DNA of 64,000 nucleotides, from contig CAZDEH010000003.1 of the NCBI GenBank assembly GCA_964504665.1, positions 1,140 through 65,139 on the forward strand. Reading direction: 5' to 3'. The notes below the pieces were generated by a model, which was given only the letters and a program-made list of their open reading frames with translations, did not search any database and had not been told where the DNA came from. The position numbers were made by a program, and so were the translations under genes. Below, in pieces: positions 19,241 through 28,501 of the stretch; the first letter of the stretch is position 1; each line of letters begins with the position of its first letter. The stretch is from an uncultured Gammaproteobacteria bacterium. Lineage in GTDB: Bacteria > Patescibacteriota > Microgenomatia > Daviesbacterales > UBA10151.

Positions 19241-20127
19241 GATTGAGAGCCTGTTGTAACCGGAGTTGCTACAATATTCTTGGTTACTGGAGTAGTTGGT
19301 AAAAAGGATTGTGATAGAAATAGGTACGTTGGGATTAGAACACCATCAGAAATCCAGCCGAAGAAGTAATTTAGTAACAGACCTCCACCACCTAGCGTTA
19401 AGATTAAAATTGTCTGATATAAACGCAATTGTGAATCATCATGTCTTGAAATAAGAATATTGGCATATTCTTTCCATTTTCTTTTTCTCTCCTCCCAACT
19501 ATCATGTTTATCGCCAGGTAACACCAGCATATAGATAAAACATAAATTTGCCATGAGTGTAAAGGCTGTGAAACCTGTTAAAAACGCATCATAAGGTGAA
19601 GCGAAATGTAGTTTGGAATAATCCCAAAGAGATATTTCATTTGAAAAAAGATAAAAGAATATAAAAAATACATTCATCAAAATAAACCAGACATAGAAAA
19701 ATAACTTAAAATATGGAGCCAATTGTAAGTTCACAAAAGATAAGTAAATTATCAAAACAGAAGGTACCAGCACCAATAACAATAGGTATTCAGTGTCTGG
19801 ATAATGGAAGAGGACATATTTCACAAAACTATATAGAAATATCAAAGTCATAATTAAGAGTGAATGCTCTCTTATGCGAGGTAAGATATTTTTATAGAGG
19901 AAAAGAGTTATCATAAAACCAAAGGCTAGAAAAGTTGCAAGTAGAAACTGTTCTAATGTAGGTGTATGGTTTTTATAGATCCTGGCAGCTCCGTACAAAG
20001 CAAAAAACCAACTAGCACCCCACCACAACAAGTCTTTCCATCTTTTAATAGCAAAAAGACTTTTTACTGAAATGCCAGCTCCAAATATTAACAATAAAGT
20101 AAGAGGGTCAACTAAATTAATATCCAT
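19237..20127 (-). CDS. Multi-pass membrane protein
   Basis: Long hydrophobic ORF. Confidence 0.75.
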   Translation of the reverse strand: MDINLVDPLTLLLIFGAGISVKSLFAIKRWKDLLWWGASWFFALYGAARIYKNHTPTLEQFLLATFLAFGFMITLFLYKNILPRIREHSLLIMTLIFLYSFVKYVLFHYPDTEYLLLLVLVPSVLIIYLSFVNLQLAPYFKLFFYVWFILMNVFFIFFYLFSNEISLWDYSKLHFASPYDAFLTGFTAFTLMANLCFIYMLVLPGDKHDSWEERKRKWKEYANILISRHDDSQLRLYQTILILTLGGGGLLLNYFFGWISDGVLIPTYLFLSQSFLPTTPVTKNIVATPVTTGSQS

Positions 20128-20301
20128 CCGTATCTATCATATCTCAAAATATATTCTAGTAAAAGTTTATACCATATTTTGGAAATTACCACCTAGATGG
20201 CTTTTAAGTAAGCTTAACTGAAATGCTAGTAATTTAGCTTCTTCAGAGTTATCATTGAATAAGTTTTGGAGTCCGACCCTAATACCGACTCCCGCTCCCA
20301 T

Positions 20302-20341
20302 CCTACGCCATATGACAACCTTATGGCTTCGGAATGGCAAG
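20302..20341. repeat. REP-like palindrome (CCTACGCC...GGCTTCGG type), intergenic
   Basis: GCCATA/TATGGC stem within a GC-rich motif. Confidence 0.4.
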
Positions 20342-20423
20342 TAAGTGAAACTGGAAGAGTGGTTTTAGATTGTTTTGGTAGCCTCTAAGTGGTACTTTTA
20401 TGCCTATATTGGATTAACTGATA

Positions 20424-20469
20424 GGTAAGGTGTTGACAAAAACTCCTTACTATTATATAATCTCCTTAC
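20424..20469 (+). promoter_or_regulatory. TA operon promoter/operator
   Basis: TTGACA-17-TATAAT, GTAAGG/CCTTAC inverted repeat, CTCCTTAC direct repeat. Confidence 0.7.
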
Positions 20470-20470
20470 C

Positions 20471-20716
20471 ATGAATTATATTGCCACTATTACTAGTAAA
20501 AGACAGTTAACCCTGCCTTCTAAGCTGACCCACAAATTAAATCTCAAGCCAGGAGAAAAAATAGCTATTAAAGAAGAAAATGGCCGCCTGGTCATGACGC
20601 CTGCAATTAGATTAGTAGAAGAACTAGCTAATTCTTTAAAACTTCCCGATAAGTTTAAGGGTCTGGATACCGAGCAAATGATTGAAAAGGCGAAGAAAGA
20701 GTATTTTTCTAAATGA
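20471..20716 (+). CDS. AbrB/MazE-family antitoxin
   Basis: ITSKRQLTLP...LNLKPGE. Confidence 0.9.
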   Translation: MNYIATITSKRQLTLPSKLTHKLNLKPGEKIAIKEENGRLVMTPAIRLVEELANSLKLPDKFKGLDTEQMIEKAKKEYFSK

Positions 20717-21108
20717 TTTTTGTTGATACTAACTATTTCTTACGTTTTCTCCTAGGTGATAATATTTCCCAACATAAAGAAGCTAAAGAAATCTTTTTAC
20801 AAGCTGCTGAAGGGAAAATAGAGCTTTTTACATCCCTTTTAGTAATTTTTGAAATATATTGGGTGCTTACTAGTTTTTATGAGAAACAAAAGGATGAGAT
20901 TAGTAAAACACTTACTGATATTTTAAATCTAGAGTTTATTTTACTTGAAGAAAAAGAGATTCTTAGAAAAGCAGTTTCAACTTATGAGACAACTAGCTTT
21001 GACCTTGAAGATTCTTTTAATCTGTCATTTGCTAAGTCCAAAAAAACAATAGATTTTAAAACCTTTGATATTAAGTTGCAAAAAGTCTTTTTTGGCAAGT
21101 TGGCTTAG
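20713..21108 (+). CDS. PIN-domain (VapC-like) toxin
   Basis: FVDTNYFLR, E, DLED, TFD. ATGA overlap with the antitoxin. Confidence 0.92.
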   Translation: MIFVDTNYFLRFLLGDNISQHKEAKEIFLQAAEGKIELFTSLLVIFEIYWVLTSFYEKQKDEISKTLTDILNLEFILLEEKEILRKAVSTYETTSFDLEDSFNLSFAKSKKTIDFKTFDIKLQKVFFGKLA

Positions 21109-21376
21109 GCTTAATAGGTTATTTAAAAAATTAAGGAAAAGAGAATTTCGTGGAATCTGGAAGTTTTGGCATACATCAACCTCCTCAATCATCAATCAAA
21201 CCTGCTCTAATTATAACAGTCGACACAAGAAGATTTACTATTGATGTATAATAAGGATACTGTCTGAATACGAGTCCTATAGTTTGACTTGAAGATAAAA
21301 AGGCGCTATAATACGCAATACTAAAGTTACAACTTACTGAAGTAATTACTGCACAGGAAGGTTTTAAATTATAACT

Positions 21377-22117
21377 ATGACAGAAGCATCTGAAAAACCA
21401 GCAACAGAAAGTGGGCCTAAGTTAAACCCTGAAGTTGGCAAACTTCTTGATGAGCTTCCACTAGGCAGTAGATTATTCGCAACTCCAGAGGCAATTCAGA
21501 AAATAGCAAAACAAGAAGATAATCCTTCGGATGAAAATCCTTGGTACGATTACTATAACGATATTCAAGCCTATGAGACTACATTTAGAGATGTATTGGG
21601 CGAGACGCATATCGTTGATTATTTACAGGGAAGAAAAAAACAAGAAAAGGGCGCCGTTGTTCTTGATTTAATGGGACCGGGTTTTGTGCTGAGAAGTTTA
21701 CCTTATGATGCTGCTTTAGCAGTTACACTAGGAGATAGGCGGGTTCAAGAGCAAAAAGATATTGATACACAAAAAGATTTAACAGTGATAGCGGGAGATG
21801 TAAGAAAAAGTTGGGATAGGGTAAAAGAGTGGTTAAATAAACATGAAGTAGTAGGATTTGATCTGATTCTTTGTCGTCCTTTAAAAGGATACGACACCTT
21901 ACCTCGAGATAACGAAACTTATTACTCATTGCTTCAATCAATTTGGGAAGTGCTAAATAAAGATGAAGGTATGCTTCTTTTTGAAGTACCTGGGTATAAA
22001 CAAAGAACGTTATCTAGTTGGGCTAAAAGGATTAGCAGAATTCCTGGCGTAAAAACTAATTTTAAAGAGAATCTTTTAATAATTAAGGAAGCCATTGCTC
22101 CCGATAAAATAATATAA
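21377..22117 (+). CDS. Putative SAM-dependent methyltransferase-fold protein
   Basis: VVLDLMGPG, IAGD, FDLIL, LxxxEGML pattern. Confidence 0.55.
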   Translation: MTEASEKPATESGPKLNPEVGKLLDELPLGSRLFATPEAIQKIAKQEDNPSDENPWYDYYNDIQAYETTFRDVLGETHIVDYLQGRKKQEKGAVVLDLMGPGFVLRSLPYDAALAVTLGDRRVQEQKDIDTQKDLTVIAGDVRKSWDRVKEWLNKHEVVGFDLILCRPLKGYDTLPRDNETYYSLLQSIWEVLNKDEGMLLFEVPGYKQRTLSSWAKRISRIPGVKTNFKENLLIIKEAIAPDKII

Positions 22118-22198
22118 GCTATGGAAAAAACAAAACCCAGAAAGAATTTTAAGAGTTGTGGTTGCAAAAGATATAGCAGTTAAGGTAAAATCTAAAAC

Positions 22199-22369
22199 AT
22201 GGCTAAAAAGGGAAACAGACAATCATTTAATTTAGAATGTTCTATCTGTAAAAATAAAAATTATATTACTTCTAAAAATGTGACTAAAACTAAAGAAAAA
22301 TTGGCTTTTAAGAAGTTTTGTAAAAAATGCCGCCGACAAACAATTCATAATGAAGCTAAAGTTAAATAA
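22199..22369 (+). CDS. rpmG: 50S ribosomal protein L33 (not in the ORF track)
   Basis: Translates to MAKKGNRQSFNLECSICKNKNYITSKN...KKFCKKCRRQTIHNEAKVK. Confidence 0.96.
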   Translation: MAKKGNRQSFNLECSICKNKNYITSKNVTKTKEKLAFKKFCKKCRRQTIHNEAKVK

Positions 22370-22370
22370 G

Positions 22371-22646
22371 TTAAGTGTTTATTGGTGCCAGTTTCATCCA
22401 GGATCGTTTCTCTTTGTCTGGTATCAGTTCTTCATTACCAAAGCCATTTCCATTCAACCCATATCCATTTATCCTATATAGTACTTGCATAAAGTGTGAT
22501 AAGTGACATCCTTCTGCCCATCCTGCACAAAAAAGACTATCAAGCCTACAAGTAGGAATAGAGCTTATGGTGTTATTTTCTGTTTGATCAGTTTTAAGAA
22601 GATCAGTAAAACAAGCACATCGTTTTTCACTAGTTTCCAAAGGCAT
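22371..22646 (-). CDS. Hypothetical Cys-rich protein
   Basis: ORF only. Confidence 0.4.
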   Translation of the reverse strand: MPLETSEKRCACFTDLLKTDQTENNTISSIPTCRLDSLFCAGWAEGCHLSHFMQVLYRINGYGLNGNGFGNEELIPDKEKRSWMKLAPINT

Positions 22647-22746
22647 GATAAGTATTAATGCCACTTTTCCTCTTTTTCTGCAATACCCCACTTATTACTG
22701 AAATCGTAGTAAACACCTTTAAATCTTGATATACTTACCTTTGCGT

Positions 22747-22817
22747 ACGGGTGTGGTGAAATGGTATCACGAAAGTCTCCAAAACTTTCTTTCCAGGTTC
22801 GAGTCCTGGCACCCGTG
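22747..22817 (+). tRNA. tRNA-Trp(CCA)
   Basis: ACGGGTG/CACCCGT acceptor stem, CTCCAAA loop, GGTTCGAGTCC. Confidence 0.96.
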
Positions 22818-22824
22818 CCCGAAT

Positions 22825-23133
22825 TTACTCCCGTATCAAATCCATTGCGTGTTTAAGATAAACAGCTCTAACTATACTTTTAGGTAAAAAGTTGTGTAAT
22901 TGTGTTATCTGCCCCCACATATAAGCTCTTGCTTCTTGATCTGTTCCCGAAACCTTATCTTTTAAGCAACTAGGGTCAATTGGATGATGTGAATCTACTT
23001 GCTGCAAAAGACTGTACAGTTGATCCACATAAAATCTCTGATCTTGGCTTGAAAATCTTCTACCTCTGATCTTAACAAAAGACAGATCTCCCTCAGGAGA
23101 TTGTTCTGCAGCTTTTTTTATATCTTTTTCCAT
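22825..23133 (-). CDS. Hypothetical protein
   Basis: ORF with a GAGGTG Shine-Dalgarno. Confidence 0.6.
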   Translation of the reverse strand: MEKDIKKAAEQSPEGDLSFVKIRGRRFSSQDQRFYVDQLYSLLQQVDSHHPIDPSCLKDKVSGTDQEARAYMWGQITQLHNFLPKSIVRAVYLKHAMDLIRE

Positions 23134-23210
23134 AAATATCACCTCTTTTTATGTCATTTTATGACTGTTGGAATCCTAACCTATTAAAATAATAAGTCAA
23201 ATTGAGAAGT

Positions 23211-23564
23211 CTAGTAAGCTTTAATAAAGTAATGATTATCTTTACCCCAAAGAAGCATTTTGTGACCAGGGAGTTTTAACCATAGATAAGTATCTACTTT
23301 TCGGAATGTCTTTGGTAAAAGATGATAACGGTGATAATAAAACTCTAAAGGAACAGCTCCAGCTTGATTAATTTCCTTAGAAAGGCATTTACTTTCCTGA
23401 AATATCATCCAGGGTTCTTCGATATACATCAAAATACCTACTTCTAACGCCCTAGCTTCTATTAATATTCTAGGAATTCTCCTTTTACTGGGAGATTTCC
23501 AAAGATAAGCAGCATGTAATATTTTCCCCTCTTTCAGATGATACTTAGCACCAATAGCACTCAT
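23211..23564 (-). CDS. Hypothetical protein
   Basis: 117-aa ORF. Confidence 0.65.
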   Translation of the reverse strand: MSAIGAKYHLKEGKILHAAYLWKSPSKRRIPRILIEARALEVGILMYIEEPWMIFQESKCLSKEINQAGAVPLEFYYHRYHLLPKTFRKVDTYLWLKLPGHKMLLWGKDNHYFIKAY

Positions 23565-23715
23565 GTTTTTAAATTAAGTTAAAAAGTTTGTTAAATCAAG
23601 TCCTTGTGCTGACAGGCCTACAACTTCTTATTAATTTTTTTATAAACTTTAAAGCTTGTTGGAATTGAAGGTCCTGTGATCTAAAGAGTAATTTGGTATA
23701 ATTTATTACTTATTT

Positions 23716-24327
23716 ATGAAAGAAAGAGCAGCAGTTAGTATTGAAGACCTTCAAGCTGGTGATTTAAAACCTGGAGTAGTTATCACTGGTTTAAATGAGC
23801 CTGCAGAAATTAATAGATTTGTTGGTTTATCAGGTAAACTAAAATTCGCACCTAATTTAGGTTCTGAATTTCAACTTTGCTACAATGGCTTAAGAAACGC
23901 CCCCTATTTTCAGGACTTATTAAGACGGAGGATTCTTACCCCGGACCTACTTCCGTCACGTTTGTTTACTTCTGCTTTAAAAAGACCTGGAATAAGTGAA
24001 GAAGAGATTTTAGCTAATTTGGGGAAGGTTTTTATTATGGTTGAAGAACCTGAGTCTAGTCAAACTAAAGGAATGGACCATAGTAGCATTGATCCAGATA
24101 AAATCTTAAGTTTCCTAGTTCTAGCCCATCTTTATCGTCCTTCAAATAATACTTCTAAAGAAGTATTCGGAAATGTTAGGGCTGAATATACTTTATATAC
24201 TAATCCAGAGAACCCAAGAACTCTGTGGATGGGTTTTAGAATGAGAGACCAGGAACAGTTAAAAATACTTATGGATCAGCTAGCTTACCATCTCAGACAT
24301 ATCAAACATAATAGAAGACAAAAATAG
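23716..24327 (+). CDS. Hypothetical protein
   Basis: 203-aa ORF with TGnTATAAT upstream. Confidence 0.7.
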   Translation: MKERAAVSIEDLQAGDLKPGVVITGLNEPAEINRFVGLSGKLKFAPNLGSEFQLCYNGLRNAPYFQDLLRRRILTPDLLPSRLFTSALKRPGISEEEILANLGKVFIMVEEPESSQTKGMDHSSIDPDKILSFLVLAHLYRPSNNTSKEVFGNVRAEYTLYTNPENPRTLWMGFRMRDQEQLKILMDQLAYHLRHIKHNRRQK

Positions 24328-24408
24328 GATTCTTGCAGAAGAAAGAGATTTAGAAGAATCTAATTTACTATGTTGACAAAGTAATTCTTAGGGTGAATAC
24401 TAAAGGTA

Positions 24409-24876
24409 ATGGCAAACACTTCAGATAATATGGATTATAAATCTTACCTACTACAGCTGGAAAATCTGCTTGATGATTATCTGGTGAAAAAAGCTCCCTC
24501 ACTTCCGAAGAACATAACAGATTTTATTGTAATGGTAATGCCCTATCTAACCGTAATCTTTTTAGTTCTTGCCCTACCTATTATTCTGGCATTAATTGGT
24601 ATTACTGCTTTAGTTCTACCATTTTCCCTTGTAGGAGGGCTGGGAACTGGATTCTCTTACGTTGCAGGAGTGATTGTAACAATTATTACTGTGATACTTG
24701 AAATAATTGCTTTGCCAGGACTATTTAAAAGACAAAAGAAGTCGTGGACGCTGCTTTATTATGTAGCCTTAATTGGTGGAGTCAACAGTATTTTATCTCT
24801 TAATCTGTGGGGACTAGTACTTGGTACAGGTATTTCTCTCTATATTCTTTTTCAAATTAAAAGCTACTATAAGTGA
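24409..24876 (+). CDS. Small membrane protein
   Basis: About four TM helices. Confidence 0.75.
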   Translation: MANTSDNMDYKSYLLQLENLLDDYLVKKAPSLPKNITDFIVMVMPYLTVIFLVLALPIILALIGITALVLPFSLVGGLGTGFSYVAGVIVTIITVILEIIALPGLFKRQKKSWTLLYYVALIGGVNSILSLNLWGLVLGTGISLYILFQIKSYYK

Positions 24877-24877
24877 A

Positions 24878-25627
24878 TTAAAAAATAATTTTAATCCTGG
24901 CGTTTTGCACAGTGGAGGCATAACCAGTGGTTGTCTTTAGCTGCATATTGTAAGTTTTTTTACCTGAAGACAGAGAAAAATTTGAAGATGAAACCCAGGT
25001 AAAATCAATAGCACTAACAGAAACCTCTGAGCCTCCGATAGCCTGGGAAGCTGTGGCGTCATTAAGCCTGGCATAGGCTTTACCATTTCCCTGGTATGGC
25101 ATCAGAAAAACTTCAAATACAGCACTGGTATAACCCGGGTAATCATTAGTATCAATAATTATAGAAGGGGTTGTTACAGTAGTCCAATCAAAAGCTGAAG
25201 ATGAAGCCACCCACCCCAGAGGAATATATGAAGGAGCTTGTTTGATGCTGGTACTTACAACTGGGGTTTGTGTTACAGTTGCGGTTGGTGCTAAAGGCAC
25301 TCCAGGTTGAAGCTGACTAATTTGCCTTTGCAAGGCAGTAACTTTATCTTCCAGACTGCTTACTCTACTATCCAAACCGGTAGTAGCACTGGTAGACTTG
25401 GTCTCTCCGTTTATTTTTTTCGCCAGAACTATAACTGCATCTTCTAAAATTTTTATCCTATCACTACTTGATATCGGAGCAAAAGAGTTGACATTAGTCT
25501 GACCAGATATCTCTGTCAGTTGTTTTATCACCGGAGTTGGCTGGATCTGTGATCTTTTTATTAATAAATAACCGCTTACAGCTATTATTAATAGAATTAA
25601 TACTCCTACAGGCAGGAACTTTACCAT
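24878..25627 (-). CDS. Membrane-anchored coiled-coil/beta-sandwich surface protein
   Basis: N-terminal TM, coiled coil, beta-rich C-terminus. Confidence 0.75.
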   Translation of the reverse strand: MVKFLPVGVLILLIIAVSGYLLIKRSQIQPTPVIKQLTEISGQTNVNSFAPISSSDRIKILEDAVIVLAKKINGETKSTSATTGLDSRVSSLEDKVTALQRQISQLQPGVPLAPTATVTQTPVVSTSIKQAPSYIPLGWVASSSAFDWTTVTTPSIIIDTNDYPGYTSAVFEVFLMPYQGNGKAYARLNDATASQAIGGSEVSVSAIDFTWVSSSNFSLSSGKKTYNMQLKTTTGYASTVQNARIKIIF

Positions 25628-25672
25628 ATAGTTATCATAACACTTAACCCTTTTTTATGTTATCCTAAAATA

Positions 25673-26569
25673 ATGACCCACCTGCCTTTTACATTATTGG
25701 CTTATTTTTTTAACGCTTCTGCAGTGACTATAGATAAGTTTATGTTATCCCGACATATTCCCAACCCTTTAGTTTACATTTTTTATTTTAGCGCTTTTTC
25801 TGCTTTAGCCTTAATTTTATTACCTTTTACAAAGATCCCAACTTTAGTTGTTTTTCTTTTAGCTTCACTCTCCAGTGTTCTTTGGACAACTGGAGCTTAT
25901 TTTATGTTTAAAGCCTTGCAAATTGGCCAGGTTTCCAGGGTAATCCCAATAATAGGTACACTGGTACCTGTATTTTTGCTATTCCAATCAATAATTACGG
26001 GCAATATCACGGCTCAGGAAATTTTAGCAGTCTTCATCTTAATTTTAGGACTCGTGGCTTTAACAATTCTTGATTGGAAAGGATCAATTAAAAAGTCTGA
26101 AGTGCTTTATGAAATTTTAGCTGCTCTGCTTTTTGCTGTTTCTTATATAATCTTGCGGGAAGCCTATCTTAGAGCAGAGTTTTTAACAGTGCTGGTTTGG
26201 TCCAGATTCATCATTTTACCTGTTAGTATCATCATTTTACTTATTCCTAGTCTTAAAAAGATAGTTTTTGAAAGTAGAGGCAATCAACCGGCTTTCAATA
26301 TTATTTCCAAATCAGGACTATTATTCCTCATAGGTCAGGGAGCAGGTGGAGCCAGTGAACTGTTATTAACATATTCCATCTCTTTAGCTAATCCTGCTCT
26401 TGTCAACTCTCTTCAAGGCTCACAGTATATTTTTCTGTTTATCTTTAGCCTACTACTCGCTAAGAAATATCCCGGTGTTTTTACGGAAAAATTTACTGCG
26501 TTGAAACTGATCCCAAAAATCTTAGGAATCTTATTAATTGGGACAGGTTTATTTTTGCTCGCCAAATGA
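25673..26569 (+). CDS. DMT/EamA-family transporter
   Basis: About ten TM helices, KALQIGQVSRVIPI. Confidence 0.85.
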   Translation: MTHLPFTLLAYFFNASAVTIDKFMLSRHIPNPLVYIFYFSAFSALALILLPFTKIPTLVVFLLASLSSVLWTTGAYFMFKALQIGQVSRVIPIIGTLVPVFLLFQSIITGNITAQEILAVFILILGLVALTILDWKGSIKKSEVLYEILAALLFAVSYIILREAYLRAEFLTVLVWSRFIILPVSIIILLIPSLKKIVFESRGNQPAFNIISKSGLLFLIGQGAGGASELLLTYSISLANPALVNSLQGSQYIFLFIFSLLLAKKYPGVFTEKFTALKLIPKILGILLIGTGLFLLAK

Positions 26570-27597
26570 TTATTAAATATATTGCTAAAAAATATCAGGC
26601 AACTGAGCATATAAAAATATATCTTCTGCTTGGATTAATTGTCCTGGCTTTAATGTTTTTCTTTATTGCCAAAGCCTATGATAGGATAAACAGCTCTTCT
26701 CCTGTTATTTTTGGAGTTACTTTTTCCCCAGATTATGCTAAAACACTAGGATTTGATCCCAAGAAAATCTATCAGCAAATGTTTCAGGATTTAAAAATTA
26801 AAAAAATCAGATTATTAGCTTATTGGGATACCCTGGAACCCAAACCAAATGAATTTGATTTTAAAGATCTTGATTTTTATGTGGACTGGGCTACCCTAAA
26901 TAATGCCCAGGTCATTTTAGCCATAGGATATAAGCTTCCCCGTTGGCCAGAATGCCGGGTTCCGGATTGGCTGAAAAATAAAGGGATGAAGATCCGTCAA
27001 GAAAGACAGTTAATTTATCTACAAGCCATCATCAGCCGTTATGAAAACAATAAAACTATTAGTGCTTGGCAAATTGAAAACGAACCCTTATTCTCTTTTG
27101 GAGAATGTGATCCGGTTGATGAATTATTCCTAAATAAGGAGGTGGCATTCGTGAGAAACCTTTCAAATAAACCTATACTGCTCACAGATTCCGGAGAATT
27201 AAGTTCCTGGATTACTCCGATGAGGCTTTCAGATTATTTTGGGACTACTATGTATAGAACTGTCTATAATCCGGTTGTGGGGTGGTTGCCCTACCCACTT
27301 CAACCTTGGTACTACAGAATCAAATCTGATGTAATCAGGACTTTTTTAGCTCCTCAAAACAAGAAAACAATCACTATCGAGTTACAGGCAGAACCTTGGG
27401 CGGAAGATTTTATTGCTGATAAACCAATTAAGGAACAGTTAGAACATTTTACTGTTCAAGATGTTCAAGATAATATCAACTTTGCCAAAAAGGTTGGTAC
27501 TCCGGAAATCTATTTATGGGGTGTGGAATGGTGGTATTGGATCAAAACTCAAGGCCACCCTGAATTTTTAGACTATGCCAAACAGATCATCAGATAA
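26566..27597 (+). CDS. Membrane-anchored glycoside hydrolase (clan GH-A-like)
   Basis: WDTLEP...FDF, WQIENEP, ELQAEPW. Confidence 0.8.
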   Translation: MIIKYIAKKYQATEHIKIYLLLGLIVLALMFFFIAKAYDRINSSSPVIFGVTFSPDYAKTLGFDPKKIYQQMFQDLKIKKIRLLAYWDTLEPKPNEFDFKDLDFYVDWATLNNAQVILAIGYKLPRWPECRVPDWLKNKGMKIRQERQLIYLQAIISRYENNKTISAWQIENEPLFSFGECDPVDELFLNKEVAFVRNLSNKPILLTDSGELSSWITPMRLSDYFGTTMYRTVYNPVVGWLPYPLQPWYYRIKSDVIRTFLAPQNKKTITIELQAEPWAEDFIADKPIKEQLEHFTVQDVQDNINFAKKVGTPEIYLWGVEWWYWIKTQGHPEFLDYAKQIIR

Positions 27598-27625
27598 TAA
27601 ATAATAGGTGTATACTGTTTAAGGT

Positions 27626-28384
27626 ATGCCAGAAACTGAAGATTCTTCCCCTCCAGAAATAAAACCTTCCAAAACTAGCTTTCATGAATCATCTTTTATC
27701 CCAAGATTTATCCAAAATTTAGGTTATTGGATTCAAGAAAAAGTGCCTTATGGAGATATTACTCTTCCTGAGAAGGCAGAAAATTTAGTCATACAAGCTA
27801 AAATATTAAACTATTTACAGCCTGGTGGGACTTATTTAGATGTTGGAGCAGGACTTGGACATGTTGTAGAAAAAATCTTAAAAGCAAAGGGTGAAACAGG
27901 TATAAAGTACTTATCTTCTGACCCAATTAGAAATCCCACTAAAGCTGTTCAAAATAGAGTTGCCCAAAACTTCCCTACCCAAGGTATGTTTTTAAAAGCC
28001 ACTGGAGAATCTTTACCTATAGCTGATAATTACTTAGATGGGGCTTCTTTGTTTTTTGTGATGCATCACGCTTCCAAGGAGCAACAAGACCAAATTGTGA
28101 GCGAGCTCAAAAGGGCTATCAAATCAGAAGGATACTTCTTCTTAATTGAAGATACTCCTGAAACTGAGGAAGAAAAACAGAGAAATATTAATTGGGACAG
28201 AAGATTAAACTTAGAGTCGACAGAACCAATTCATACCTATAGAACTTCTGCTGAGTGGATAAAAGCTGTAGAACAGTTAGGGTTTAAACTTGTTGAAGAA
28301 GTACCTTTTAAGAGCCAGTCAGGTAAGAAAAATGAAGGGATCATTAAACATACCAGTTTAATCTTCCAAAAGCTGAGTTCCTAA
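27626..28384 (+). CDS. Class I SAM-dependent methyltransferase
   Basis: LDVGAGLG, ESLPI.D...D, VMHH. Confidence 0.9.
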   Translation: MPETEDSSPPEIKPSKTSFHESSFIPRFIQNLGYWIQEKVPYGDITLPEKAENLVIQAKILNYLQPGGTYLDVGAGLGHVVEKILKAKGETGIKYLSSDPIRNPTKAVQNRVAQNFPTQGMFLKATGESLPIADNYLDGASLFFVMHHASKEQQDQIVSELKRAIKSEGYFFLIEDTPETEEEKQRNINWDRRLNLESTEPIHTYRTSAEWIKAVEQLGFKLVEEVPFKSQSGKKNEGIIKHTSLIFQKLSS

Positions 28385-28501
28385 ATCCTTTCCTCAAAAC
28401 AATTTTGAGATAGTTTGCCCTAGATTGTTATCTTAAATACTACTTATATTTATAGCTTATCAACAGCTAAAATAAGTTCAAATTAGCCTGTCCGAGAAAT
28501 T